50,114 nt of DNA from a virus: the IMG/VR virus record IMGVR_UViG_3300015195_000002, positions 1-50,114 of that record. One strand, written 5' to 3'. Each line of letters begins with the position of its first letter. Position 1 is the first letter of the stretch. The translations under genes and the position numbers were made by a program. Shown piece after piece: positions 23,763-32,744 of the stretch. The notes under the pieces were generated by a model. It was not told the DNA's origin and searched no databases. It was given only the letters and a program-made list of their open reading frames with translations.

Positions 23763-24917
23763 TCAAGTGAGGAACCCATAGGCCTGAAGGGCTGTATACA
23801 TCCGGTTGATCATGCCCTGCTCTGTAGACGTGTAGGAACCCGTTGCGGAAGCGACCCCGCCTGTCTGGCGCGACACGGGCGCGACACCAAACACCCCGAA
23901 GTTCTGGCCTCCCATACGAAAATCGCCACGCAGGAAGAATTCTCCACCCACCCCGCCGGCCACGAACGAAGCGCCCGCCGTCGGCACCATCCCGACTCCT
24001 CCCCGGATACGAACAACCTCGACCTCCTGGCTGTTGTAACTGACCGTCCAGATCTGCGCGCTCTGCACGGCCCCCGCCGTCGGCCCGGTCACGATCATCT
24101 GCTGTCGAGCGATCGGCACGAGGTTGTTCGATCCGTCCCGGCTCTGCCAATAGTGCTCGACGCCGAACCCGGCCGTGACGGACCCCGCGGAGAGCAGATG
24201 CTCGTAGGTCGCGATCCGGAGCGGCGCGTTATTCACGGCGTCGGTCTTTTGGTGGAGGCGGTCCCCGGTGGTCAGCAGGTCGCCTCTCACCCACGCCTGA
24301 CCTCCGACCAGCCCCGCCGCCCCGCCGCCCGTGGCCGTGCTGCCGCCGGCAAAGAAGGTCGGCGCCATCCCCTGGCCACCCCGGATGCGGAGTACCTCGA
24401 CCTCCGTGCCGTTCTTCAACACGCTCCATGCCTGGGTGGAAATACAGGCATTCGGTGTCGGGTCGGTGATCTCGACGGCGTGCTTACCGATCCGGACGTC
24501 CGTGCGGGCGAGGTCCTGCGTCGTGAAGAAGATGGAAGCGCCCACGCCACCGACCGGCGCCAGGGTGCTGTGATGGCTGATGACCAGCCCCGCGGGGCGG
24601 ATCGTCGTCGGGTCGCCCGTGCCATCCACGGTATCGGTGATGAGAACGGAGAGGACCCCCGCTGTCTCACCCGGATCGGTGACGGAGAACGTCTGCGGCA
24701 GCGTGAACGTGTTCGCCGCGCCGGCGAACATGGCGTTCTGCAGTTGGGAGTAGAGGAAGGCCTCTCCGGTGGGCCCTGGCGCTGGGTAGTGGAGCGGAAA
24801 GGCCGCGAGAGCAGCCCCAGGGGCAGCCGGGAAGGCCTCCGGCATTGGCGACGGCTCGGGAGGCCTATCGAGGGTGCGGGGCGCGTAGCGCGTTCCTGGG
24901 GGCGTGCGTGGCGGCAT
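23763..24917 (-). CDS. Tail fibre / receptor-binding protein paralogue with an internal duplication
   Basis: Perfect SD AAGGAGG. YPAPGPTGEAFLYSQ. Duplicated EVEVLRIRGGQGM / EVEVVRIRGGVGM. C-terminal MINRMYTALQAYGFLT. Confidence 0.55.
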   Translation of the reverse strand: MPPRTPPGTRYAPRTLDRPPEPSPMPEAFPAAPGAALAAFPLHYPAPGPTGEAFLYSQLQNAMFAGAANTFTLPQTFSVTDPGETAGVLSVLITDTVDGTGDPTTIRPAGLVISHHSTLAPVGGVGASIFFTTQDLARTDVRIGKHAVEITDPTPNACISTQAWSVLKNGTEVEVLRIRGGQGMAPTFFAGGSTATGGGAAGLVGGQAWVRGDLLTTGDRLHQKTDAVNNAPLRIATYEHLLSAGSVTAGFGVEHYWQSRDGSNNLVPIARQQMIVTGPTAGAVQSAQIWTVSYNSQEVEVVRIRGGVGMVPTAGASFVAGGVGGEFFLRGDFRMGGQNFGVFGVAPVSRQTGGVASATGSYTSTEQGMINRMYTALQAYGFLT

Positions 24918-24929
24918 CAGCGTTCCTCC

Positions 24930-26423
24930 TTACTGCTTGACCAGATACCATTGGGTTCCGCCCACGGATTGGAACCAGAGAATGGACAATGCCCCGGAAA
25001 TCACGGCCGTCGCCGCTCCCTCGATGGTGTCGCCTCCCGCGGCCGTCACCGTGACGGTATTCGCCGAAACATCCGTTTTCTTTACCAGGCCGATCTTGCC
25101 CGGAACACTCGCCGCCGAGGGCAGCGTGACGGTGCGCGCGCCGCCGGTCGCGTCCATATAGATCGCAAAGTCGGTCACGCCGAACGTCGCATTGGTCGAG
25201 ACGGCCCGGAACGCCGTCGAGAGCCCCTGAACGTGAACATCCCCATCCAGTTGCGTGACGCCCGACTGGATCCACAGGGCCATCGGGTTCGTGATCGTCG
25301 CGAAGGAGCCAGGCGTCGGCGGGCCGGTGATCGCCACGGTCGGGGCGTTGGTGATCGTGTTCGAGCCGCTGACGAAGGCATAGGCGGGCGGCTGGATGAT
25401 CATGGCCCGCTGGGTGGTGATGTTGCCGTTGGCGAAGCCGCGAACGCGGGACATGTTGAAGTTGATGTCGAACGCCTCGGTCGAGGCCGTCAGGTTCGTG
25501 TCCGCCGGGCAGGCCATCGCGTACATCTGCTTGATCGTCGGATTGCTCTGGGCGGCACGCGCCAGGGTCAGGGTCGCGACCCCCGCCGCCGCGTTCACGA
25601 GCACCTGGCCGGCGCCAGCGGTCGACGAATTGGCGAGCACTTTGAACACCGGGAGGCCGGCCTGCTGGTGGTCGCTGATCGACCCGGCGAAGGCGGCGGG
25701 GACGTTCGTGCCGAGCACGGTGCCGGAAGCCGAGCCGGTGAAGTTCGTTCCGCCGCCCGCGAAGCCGCCGGAACCGAGCTGCACGGAGGCATTGTTCGCC
25801 GAGGCGGCGGCCGTGCCGCTGAAGCTGTTCGGGACGGCCGTGAAGTTGTTGGCGCTGGCGATCGTGGCGCTGCCGCCCCCGGCCACCGCGCCCGCGGGCA
25901 GGGTGCCGAAGAACTGCTGGCCCTCCGCGTCGGTGGCACCCCAGGAGGCCAGGTTGCCGCCGTCCGGATGGCCGGCCGAGGTGATCCCGGCCGCCATACC
26001 ACCGAGGAGGAGGTTCTGCGGCTGGACGAACTGCTGCCGGCCGGCGGTGCGGCCCATATTGACGGCAGTGACCACGCCGCCGGCTGTCAGTGCTGTACCT
26101 AGCTTAGCGCTGTTCGCCGGAGGGGTGCCGGTGGTGTTCGAGGTGCCCGTTCCGTTCTGAAGGACGTAAAGGTGGTTGGTCGTCGCGTTCGTTAGGCTGC
26201 TGATCGTGAAGCCGGCCGCGAAGTTGATATCGGCGCCAATGACAGCATGCCCGGCGGTGATGTTGACAGAGAGGCCCGTGCCGATGGAGGCGACCAGGCC
26301 ACTGACCACGTAAGCGCCGTGGTCGAGGAAGCTCGTTTCGACCAGCGCGAAGGAATTATCCCAGTCCGCGGCGGGTAGGGTGTCGCCGACAAGGTGATTT
26401 GGAAAGATGTTCGGAGTTGGCAT
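24930..26423 (-). CDS. Tail fibre / receptor-binding protein
   Basis: 497 aa, Gly/Ala/Thr/Asn-rich beta-type sequence in the tail-tip gene block. Confidence 0.5.
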   Translation of the reverse strand: MPTPNIFPNHLVGDTLPAADWDNSFALVETSFLDHGAYVVSGLVASIGTGLSVNITAGHAVIGADINFAAGFTISSLTNATTNHLYVLQNGTGTSNTTGTPPANSAKLGTALTAGGVVTAVNMGRTAGRQQFVQPQNLLLGGMAAGITSAGHPDGGNLASWGATDAEGQQFFGTLPAGAVAGGGSATIASANNFTAVPNSFSGTAAASANNASVQLGSGGFAGGGTNFTGSASGTVLGTNVPAAFAGSISDHQQAGLPVFKVLANSSTAGAGQVLVNAAAGVATLTLARAAQSNPTIKQMYAMACPADTNLTASTEAFDINFNMSRVRGFANGNITTQRAMIIQPPAYAFVSGSNTITNAPTVAITGPPTPGSFATITNPMALWIQSGVTQLDGDVHVQGLSTAFRAVSTNATFGVTDFAIYMDATGGARTVTLPSAASVPGKIGLVKKTDVSANTVTVTAAGGDTIEGAATAVISGALSILWFQSVGGTQWYLVKQ

Positions 26424-26424
26424 G

Positions 26425-27735
26425 CTAGGCCCAGGTTACTCCGAGGTCGCGGCTCCGGTACTGTGTCCAGACACCGCCAACGAAGAGGGAAGTAATGATC
26501 GAGCCATCCGGCGCAAATTCGGCGTCGATCTGCTGCGGCGTCAAGGATGAGCCCACCGTGAAAGGTCCGTCCCAGCTCCCGCCGCCATCATAAGTGATCG
26601 AGACTTTCAGATTTCCTGATCCATCGAAATAGAAATAGAACGAGCCGCCGCCGGTGCGGTCCACGATATGGCGTGGATTGGTGCCTGTAAAGGGAAGTGT
26701 TGTCGGCACAGCCCAGTTCATGCCTCCATCGAGGGAACGACTCGAACGGATCGCCGTTCCATCAAACCAGGTTACGTACAGTCTCTGATTATACCACGTC
26801 AGCGACGGTGAGGAATTGTTTGTCGAGACATCATCAAAGGCGCTCACCATCAGCCAGGAATGCCCATTATCGAAGCTGTTTTCTATGAGCACCATGTCCG
26901 AGGACGCCGTCGCTCGCCAGAGGACACCATGCTCCGGCGCGGTCTCCATGTCCGTCGTGTCCATCCCGAGGCGGTCTGGTCCGTTGAACGGTCGGTACCA
27001 GGCATCTTCGCTGCTGCCTGACGTAGTCAAATTCTGGCTAGGAAAAGCGAGCAGTGCCTCATAGTCGGAGGTCTGCTGCGTCGGCGTCAGACTGACCAGC
27101 GTGAAGAAGTCATCGCTTTCTGCCCACGGCAACCAGATCCCGGGATCGGCGGCCGTGCAGGCTGCGCCACTGATGACGCCCCCATTCAGTCGGCCATAGA
27201 AGTTCCGGAAGTGGATATCGATGCTCTGCGCGGGTGTCGTGGGCGGAAAGAAGAAGTCTTGCACCCGCAGGATGATCCCCACCGACAGGGGTCGAATCTC
27301 CGTGCTCGTCGGCAGCCCAGCAGAGAGCGATGTCGTGTTCCATGTTCCCATGGGCGTGATGAAGCGCAGGTCTCCGGTCGTCGTATTCTTCTCGATTGCA
27401 AAGATGCCACCGGCTGTAAACGCCACGCCGCCATCGAGAGCGTCGAAGACATGGTCACCCAGCCAGAAGGCACGGGCCAGCGGGAACAGGTTCGGGTTCG
27501 GTCCCGGCGGGAGCGCCAGAACACCAGCCACCGCACGGCTGTGATATTGCGGCACGAAGGGCGAATTCAGTTCCGCGTCATGAACCATGGAGTGACACAG
27601 GTAGAGCTGAAATAGCCCATCAGAGGCTGTGATCCCATATCCCGCGCCGGACGTATTGCTTGGCGCGCCCAACGCTGCCGCATCGAGCGAGGGACTCACT
27701 AAGTCAAAGTCGCACTCTACCCGCCAGAGACTCAC
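26425..27735 (-). CDS. BNR/Asp-box repeat (sialidase-like beta-propeller) tail-associated protein
   Basis: Four Asp-boxes: SFDNGHSW, SLDGGMNW, TYDGGGSW, SRDLGVTW. Confidence 0.6.
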   Translation of the reverse strand: MSLWRVECDFDLVSPSLDAAALGAPSNTSGAGYGITASDGLFQLYLCHSMVHDAELNSPFVPQYHSRAVAGVLALPPGPNPNLFPLARAFWLGDHVFDALDGGVAFTAGGIFAIEKNTTTGDLRFITPMGTWNTTSLSAGLPTSTEIRPLSVGIILRVQDFFFPPTTPAQSIDIHFRNFYGRLNGGVISGAACTAADPGIWLPWAESDDFFTLVSLTPTQQTSDYEALLAFPSQNLTTSGSSEDAWYRPFNGPDRLGMDTTDMETAPEHGVLWRATASSDMVLIENSFDNGHSWLMVSAFDDVSTNNSSPSLTWYNQRLYVTWFDGTAIRSSRSLDGGMNWAVPTTLPFTGTNPRHIVDRTGGGSFYFYFDGSGNLKVSITYDGGGSWDGPFTVGSSLTPQQIDAEFAPDGSIITSLFVGGVWTQYRSRDLGVTWA

Positions 27736-27980
27736 ACCAGTTGATCCGGTCCATCAAGGAGCGATATGTCAAAAGTGAACCCCAGGGTGGTCACCGTGCC
27801 GTCATAGCCGGTGGCAAATGTCTGTGCTATCTGGTCATTCAATCCCGCGCCACTGGTCGAGAGTTGCGCTGCCTGCGCCTGCCCTCCCAGGTCCCAGCCG
27901 CGCCGCGCCGCCGCCGCGTCGAGCTGCTGGTCGATCACTCCTTCAATCAGGTGGCGATACTCCGCCCCGCTGTCGCTCAT
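27732..27980 (-). CDS. Hypothetical tail-module protein (82 aa)
   Basis: Track ORF; ATGA coupling. Confidence 0.45.
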   Translation of the reverse strand: MSDSGAEYRHLIEGVIDQQLDAAAARRGWDLGGQAQAAQLSTSGAGLNDQIAQTFATGYDGTVTTLGFTFDISLLDGPDQLV

Positions 27981-27985
27981 CGCTC

Positions 27986-30529
27986 TTATCCTGTCGGGGT
28001 CAGCGTGGTCTGGCCCGTGGCCATCGCAGGCAAGCCGTAGCCGGTCTCGACGTATTCCAGGTCTGCCGTCATCAGTGGGATCGCTGACTTGCGAATGGTC
28101 GCCGTGTATCCCTGAACCCGGTAAAGGCCGTAGTTGTGCAAGGTGACGCAGTGGCCGACCTTGATGATCGGGTCATAGTCACAATCAACACGCATACGCA
28201 GGAACCGCCGCCGGGTCTGTTCCCAGATGCGCCGCGCTACCCAATTCAGGCCGCGACAGGAGTAGCTGCCCCAGATGGTCACGACCTCTGTTTTCGGCCA
28301 GCCGAGGAAGTTGACGACGTTCTTATTGCGGATCGCCGCCCAGTCTACCCACAAGGAAGAGAACGCTGGACTGCCTGTTTGAACATTGATCGCCTTCACA
28401 AGAATCACGATCGCCTCAGGCGCGATGGTCGTGAACGGTGTCCGGCGGAAAAGCGGTGCGCCGGGGCTCCCGTCCGCTGTCGCCGCCGCCGCGGTTTCAT
28501 AGAGAGTCAATTCTGAGGCTGTACGGAAATACCGGGGAATGTAAAACGGCTCGCCGGTTCCGTGGAAACCCACGATGTAGTTCGAGAAGTGCCTGGCGAT
28601 CCGCTGCACGAAGGAGGCAGCGGTCTCCGACGGGCGCGGCTGCCATGGGCCGTTCGTGCGGCCATCCAGCTCCATGTTCGTCAGGTCTTGCGGCCCGACG
28701 ATGCCGAGCACTTGGTTGTACTGGCTGGTGTTCGGGGGCAGCTCCATCCCGGTCGTGTCCACTCCGGCCTGCTGCATGACCTTCTGCACGACGTCCAGGT
28801 GTGAAACGCCGGACCAGTCCCTGTTGTCCCGAAGGTAGGTGCGCGCGAGCTGGTGCCAGCGATCCGATGCCGTGAAGGTCACTCGCCGCGCGAGGGTGTT
28901 GTCCTGTTTCAGAGGCTCCAGGCCGGGCGGCATCGTGTAGCCCGTGAAAGCAACGGCCGTGTCTCGCTTGATCTGAATGGGATTGCCGCTGCGGTAGTAG
29001 TAGTTCTGCAGGGCATAGGCCGGGTGGTCAGCGACCTCAATGGTCGCGCGCCCCTCACCCGGCTTCAACCCCGCCGAGAACTCCGCGGAGATCACGTAGG
29101 CACCGGAAGGCGGGTTCGCCGTCGTGTCGTCCACCGTCGTCGGTGTGGTCGTCGCCGGAATGAGGGTCGGGTCGCGCGTGAGCCGCAGGTTGTAGAAGAA
29201 CGGGGTCCAGTCCGCGTCGGTGTTCACATCGAGCGCGGAGGATTGAAAGACGGCCTGGTACCCATACTGCCGCAGTTGGAGCGCCGGCAGGGCAATCGGA
29301 ATCTTCGGGCAGTCATCGCTGTTGTTGATCGGCAGGGTGTAAGAGGGCGGCGTGCTCTGGTTGATCGTGATGCTCGTGCCGTGGTCCTGGTCGGCGATCA
29401 ACGTCACCGCGGGCGCCGCCGCCGGCACGAAGTCGAGCGTCACCGGCGGGAAGTTGCAGGTCGCCGCGTTGTGGCTGTACGCGAGGCGTTGAACCTGGAT
29501 GCGTCCCCAATGCGGGACGAGGAACCAGACCAGGAGCTTGTCCGAGCGGACGATATCCCAATCACTGTTGTCGGGAAGGCGCACCGGCACTGGCCGCACT
29601 TGAATCAGCTTGCTCCGGCCGGTGTTCGTGTAGAGCAGCACCTGATGCCGGCGGAACGGCAGCCACAACAGCCAGCGGTGCTGCGCGTAGGTCGGGTCGT
29701 CGGCGGAGTTCACCGGCTGGAAGTTGTTCGCGATAGATTCCTCGTCCAGGCCCGAGGGGCTGTGACTGTAGAGATTCAACGTGGCGACGTGCTTGAAGCT
29801 GCTCCGATCCCCGGATTGACTGATATCCTGGAAGACCTGAACGAAACTGTCCTTGATCTCGACGGCGAACTGACCAATATAGAAACGGTAGGTTGCTGGA
29901 AAACCAAGGTTGTTCGGTGGGTGAAGCCAGCGCAGGAAGAGGCCCTGATTGGCCGCGAGTGGCTGCTTCGTCTGTACCGGAAAGCGCCCGGTCGTCGTGT
30001 CCACCGTCTTGTTCGGCGTCGGCGGCGCCGTGGGCGGCGGCGGCGGCAGGACAGTCGGGAGTTGGTAACCAGCGTTCGGCCTGACCGTTAAAGAATCAAG
30101 GGAGCCGGGATCGACACCCGGCGTGATCCCGGTCATCAGCGGTACGCCGGTGGTAGGAAATGGGTTGATTGCCGCGGGGTAGTAGTCCGAGAGACTCGTC
30201 TGGGTGTGGTAGATCCAGGGACTCGCGGTGTTCCCGAACGCCGCATGCTCGGTAATCACGGCGTTCGTCAGGTCCGATGCGTTCGCATCCATCTGCGCGA
30301 GGCGGATAATCCAGGGAACTTGCTGCGTTGAATCGAGCCATGTGGTGTCGAGCTGCCTCGGCCGCAGCATGACGGTGTGGGTGCGAGGGTCGGCCCAGAG
30401 TGTCTTCTCGGAGCCGTTTTCGAGCGCCTTGCCGAAGGCGGCAAGCTGCTTCGTCGTGATCTCTTTGCCGAATCCCGGCTCGTCGATCTGCTTCAGCGGC
30501 GCGTCGAGGACAAGGTGGGTAGCTGCCAT
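27986..30529 (-). CDS. Large distal-tail/baseplate hub protein (Dit/Tal-like by position)
   Basis: Track ORF 27986..30532 (the first codon is TTG; ATG is at 30529). 847 aa, downstream of the tape measure. No catalytic motif recognised. Confidence 0.5.
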   Translation of the reverse strand: MAATHLVLDAPLKQIDEPGFGKEITTKQLAAFGKALENGSEKTLWADPRTHTVMLRPRQLDTTWLDSTQQVPWIIRLAQMDANASDLTNAVITEHAAFGNTASPWIYHTQTSLSDYYPAAINPFPTTGVPLMTGITPGVDPGSLDSLTVRPNAGYQLPTVLPPPPPTAPPTPNKTVDTTTGRFPVQTKQPLAANQGLFLRWLHPPNNLGFPATYRFYIGQFAVEIKDSFVQVFQDISQSGDRSSFKHVATLNLYSHSPSGLDEESIANNFQPVNSADDPTYAQHRWLLWLPFRRHQVLLYTNTGRSKLIQVRPVPVRLPDNSDWDIVRSDKLLVWFLVPHWGRIQVQRLAYSHNAATCNFPPVTLDFVPAAAPAVTLIADQDHGTSITINQSTPPSYTLPINNSDDCPKIPIALPALQLRQYGYQAVFQSSALDVNTDADWTPFFYNLRLTRDPTLIPATTTPTTVDDTTANPPSGAYVISAEFSAGLKPGEGRATIEVADHPAYALQNYYYRSGNPIQIKRDTAVAFTGYTMPPGLEPLKQDNTLARRVTFTASDRWHQLARTYLRDNRDWSGVSHLDVVQKVMQQAGVDTTGMELPPNTSQYNQVLGIVGPQDLTNMELDGRTNGPWQPRPSETAASFVQRIARHFSNYIVGFHGTGEPFYIPRYFRTASELTLYETAAAATADGSPGAPLFRRTPFTTIAPEAIVILVKAINVQTGSPAFSSLWVDWAAIRNKNVVNFLGWPKTEVVTIWGSYSCRGLNWVARRIWEQTRRRFLRMRVDCDYDPIIKVGHCVTLHNYGLYRVQGYTATIRKSAIPLMTADLEYVETGYGLPAMATGQTTLTPTG

Positions 30530-30531
30530 CA

Positions 30532-30861
30532 ATGAAACACACAGTCTTGATCGCCGCGCTGGTGTCCTTGATCATCAGCGTGCTCGTCGTCTACGGCCAC
30601 GACGCCCTGATCGCATGGTCTGTCGTTCACTCGATTCAACAGGCAGACCACGCGCGCGAGGTTGAAGCCCGCGCGCAGTTGATCTGGCGGAGAGACCATC
30701 CGGAAGGCTGGAACCAGGAGTGGGCTCAGGGCTACAGCAACGGCCCCTGGCGCCGCCAGGGCGTCGATCAGAGCGGCCCTGAAGGCGACCGGTCTGTCTA
30801 CCAAAGAGACCACGAGAAATATCTCCAGAAGGCAGAAGAGGACCTCGCGGCCGGCCATTAG
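30532..30861 (+). CDS. Small membrane protein encoded opposite to the tail operon (moron-like)
   Basis: MKHTVLIAALVSLIISVLVVYG TM, then a W/H/Q-rich soluble part. My hand count gives GC3 about 77% against GC1 about 69%. The mirrored minus ORF lacks K, T, W and Y and uses ATA/GTA/AGA/CCA codons. Confidence 0.5.
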   Translation: MKHTVLIAALVSLIISVLVVYGHDALIAWSVVHSIQQADHAREVEARAQLIWRRDHPEGWNQEWAQGYSNGPWRRQGVDQSGPEGDRSVYQRDHEKYLQKAEEDLAAGH

Positions 30862-31760
30862 ATCGCCATAGCCAAGCGGGCTTGCAGGAACCCAAAGGAC
30901 TGGTTGACGATCTCACCGGAGCCGCCGAGGACCTGCTGTGTCACGGCGTCAGCCATCATCTTCGTGTTGTCAGCGATCTGCAGTGCCGTCGCCTCGGTCG
31001 CCAGGTCCCCACCGTGACCCACCTTGGAGAGCGGGTTGCCAGTGTCTTGTTGCAGGAGATGAAAGCCGAGTACCCCAAGCGGGCCGAAGATCGAATTGAC
31101 CAACAGGTCCGCGACTGTCTGAATATGAGCCGTCAGAAAATCGACAACCGTCGTGATTGAGTTGAGTATTCGGATCGCCACGGGCGCGAACTGCTCTCCC
31201 AGCCCCGACAGGAACCGCTGCAAGCTGTTTTGAAAAGCGTCCATCGCGCCGGGCAGCGTGTCCCGGAACGCTTCGGCAGCCCCCTCGAAGCGGAGATTCA
31301 ACTGCTGCTGAATCAACGCGAGGTTTGCCGCCTTACTCCCGGTGTCCTGGAGCGCAATCCCAAACTGTACCAAGCCGCGCATGTGGCCGAGGATGCCCTT
31401 CTCGATGGCCCCTCCCACCTCATCGAAGCTCTTGCCTGTTCCCCTCGCCGTGTCTCCGATGATCTTTAGGGTACGCTCTAACTCGTTGCCGCCGACCCCA
31501 GCTCTCGCCAGCAGGCCGGCGCTGCCTTCGATCGCGCCGCGACCGAGGCCGGTGACCTGGGAGAGGCTGTCAGCGAACCGCTGAATCTCTTCAGTGGATT
31601 GTGAGAGCCCCAGATTCTTGAAGACGACGCCCGTCTCGAATATCTGCTTCGATTCGTCGGCAAACACCTTAATCGCGGCGGTAGCGGCGGCGAAGGCGCC
31701 GAGGAAGATTTCCAGGCCGACCACGGAGAAGCGGGTGATCAGCTCGTCAGTGATCGTCAT
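30858..31760 (-). CDS. Tail tape measure protein (short, 300 aa)
   Basis: Directly follows the G/GT chaperone pair. Helical Ala/Gly/Leu-rich sequence with hydrophobic segments. Confidence 0.6.
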   Translation of the reverse strand: MTITDELITRFSVVGLEIFLGAFAAATAAIKVFADESKQIFETGVVFKNLGLSQSTEEIQRFADSLSQVTGLGRGAIEGSAGLLARAGVGGNELERTLKIIGDTARGTGKSFDEVGGAIEKGILGHMRGLVQFGIALQDTGSKAANLALIQQQLNLRFEGAAEAFRDTLPGAMDAFQNSLQRFLSGLGEQFAPVAIRILNSITTVVDFLTAHIQTVADLLVNSIFGPLGVLGFHLLQQDTGNPLSKVGHGGDLATEATALQIADNTKMMADAVTQQVLGGSGEIVNQSFGFLQARLAMAI

Positions 31761-32313
31761 CGGCCTGCCATCGCTTCAGCAGCAGCCTTCCGGCGCTCGC
31801 CCACGACCGTCAGGGCGATCTGCGCCGCGATCATCTCGTGATAAGGGACGCGGCCGAGTTCGGAGGGGAGCCGGCGGAGTTGCTCGACACAGAAGACGTA
31901 GAGTCCGAGGGTTTCGGCGCCCTGGTCGCCTTTGAAAAATCCTCGGTCGCCTCGACCTCCTCTTCCGACATGCCGTTCACCCGCCGGCACGCCTGTACCA
32001 GTTTCCCGGAGACCTCGGCCGGAAGTCGTAACACCTTGTCATACGAGAGATCATCCCAGACCCGTGGGCTGCCAACCGTGCCCTCTCGCCGCGTACACAT
32101 CGCCACCAGCCACGCCGTCGCCGCTGACTCGTTCACCCCGCCACGCGGATCGATGGACGGCCGCATGGCGCGCTCCTTGACGGCGAGCATTTCCGCCGTA
32201 TCCAGGCCCCAGACCCAGACATAGCCGGTGGGCAGGATGACTTTCTCTCGACGCAGCGCCTCGCGCGGATCGCCTTCCGGCTCCTGGTAGGGCCGCTCTT
32301 CGTTGTCGCTCAT
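31757..32313 (-). CDS. Tail assembly chaperone frameshift product (GT-like, -1 shift at about 31936..31939)
   Basis: The zero frame reads GAT TTT TCA. A -1 slip on TTTTT gives ...EDFFKGDQGAETLG..., ending at 31757 in an ATGA overlap with the tape measure start. Confidence 0.6.
31831..32313 (-). CDS. Tail assembly chaperone (G-like)
   Basis: Sits between the tube genes and the tape measure. Contains the slippery run GGATTTTTCA (31935..31944). Confidence 0.65.
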   Translation of the reverse strand: MSDNEERPYQEPEGDPREALRREKVILPTGYVWVWGLDTAEMLAVKERAMRPSIDPRGGVNESAATAWLVAMCTRREGTVGSPRVWDDLSYDKVLRLPAEVSGKLVQACRRVNGMSEEEVEATEDFSKATRAPKPSDSTSSVSSNSAGSPPNSAASLITR

Positions 32314-32744
32314 CCCACCCCACTCGTCGGCTTGAAGCTGCCGATCACTTCGAGGCTCTGTTCAACCAGCGCCATCGGCGCGGAAATCTCGCCGCTCTTG
32401 ATGTAGCAAGTTCCCTCCCAGATTTTATGGCCACCGGCCGCCAACTCACTGTAGGCGGTGAAGGTGAGCGGCTGGGGAATGCCGGCCGTCATCGAGGCGG
32501 ACAGATAGGAGGTCACTGCCGCCGGTGCGATATAGCCGCGCGCCTCGGCGGTCCAATCGGCATCGAGGAAGACATTCACCTTCCAGCGGTCGCCCGCCGC
32601 AGTCAAGTTGGCGTAGTCGGCATTCATGCGGATACGGAAATTGAACAGAAAAACCAGCACCACACCGCCGATCGCACACTCCGCATAACGACCATTGAGG
32701 AAGTTCCGCGCGGTGGGTGAGGTGATATGAACGGGCGCGCTCAT
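32310..32744 (-). CDS. Tail tube protein paralogue 2
   Basis: 144 aa, immediately upstream of the chaperones; same size class as the neighbouring ORF. Confidence 0.45.
   Translation of the reverse strand: MSAPVHITSPTARNFLNGRYAECAIGGVVLVFLFNFRIRMNADYANLTAAGDRWKVNVFLDADWTAEARGYIAPAAVTSYLSASMTAGIPQPLTFTAYSELAAGGHKIWEGTCYIKSGEISAPMALVEQSLEVIGSFKPTSGVG

Noticed and set aside
23601-26102. 833-aa plus-strand ORF, together with similar long antisense ORFs: 28853..30091 (+), 12129..13583 (+), 14757..15635 (-), 8020..9162 (+) and 46207..47334 (+)
   Set aside because: They are extremely Arg/Gly/Pro/Ala-rich with no motifs. They lie exactly antisense to genes that have clear motifs, SD sequences and coupling. 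These are typical shadow ORFs of GC-rich DNA, where stop codons are rare in antisense frames.
21973-27735. Search for a diversity-generating retroelement or invertible segment acting on the fibre genes
   Set aside because: No reverse-transcriptase-like ORF (no YxDD box) and no template/variable repeat pair was seen by eye. The only recombinase is the large serine integrase 6 kb away. A computational repeat search could still reveal what I cannot see.
30529-30858. Minus-strand 109-aa ORF that fits the tail operon with coupled start and stop
   Set aside because: It is the codon-for-codon mirror of the plus ORF. It lacks K, T, W and Y entirely and is rich in rare ATA/GTA/AGA/CCA codons. It is kept as an explicit alternative in the findings because its junctions are so neat.
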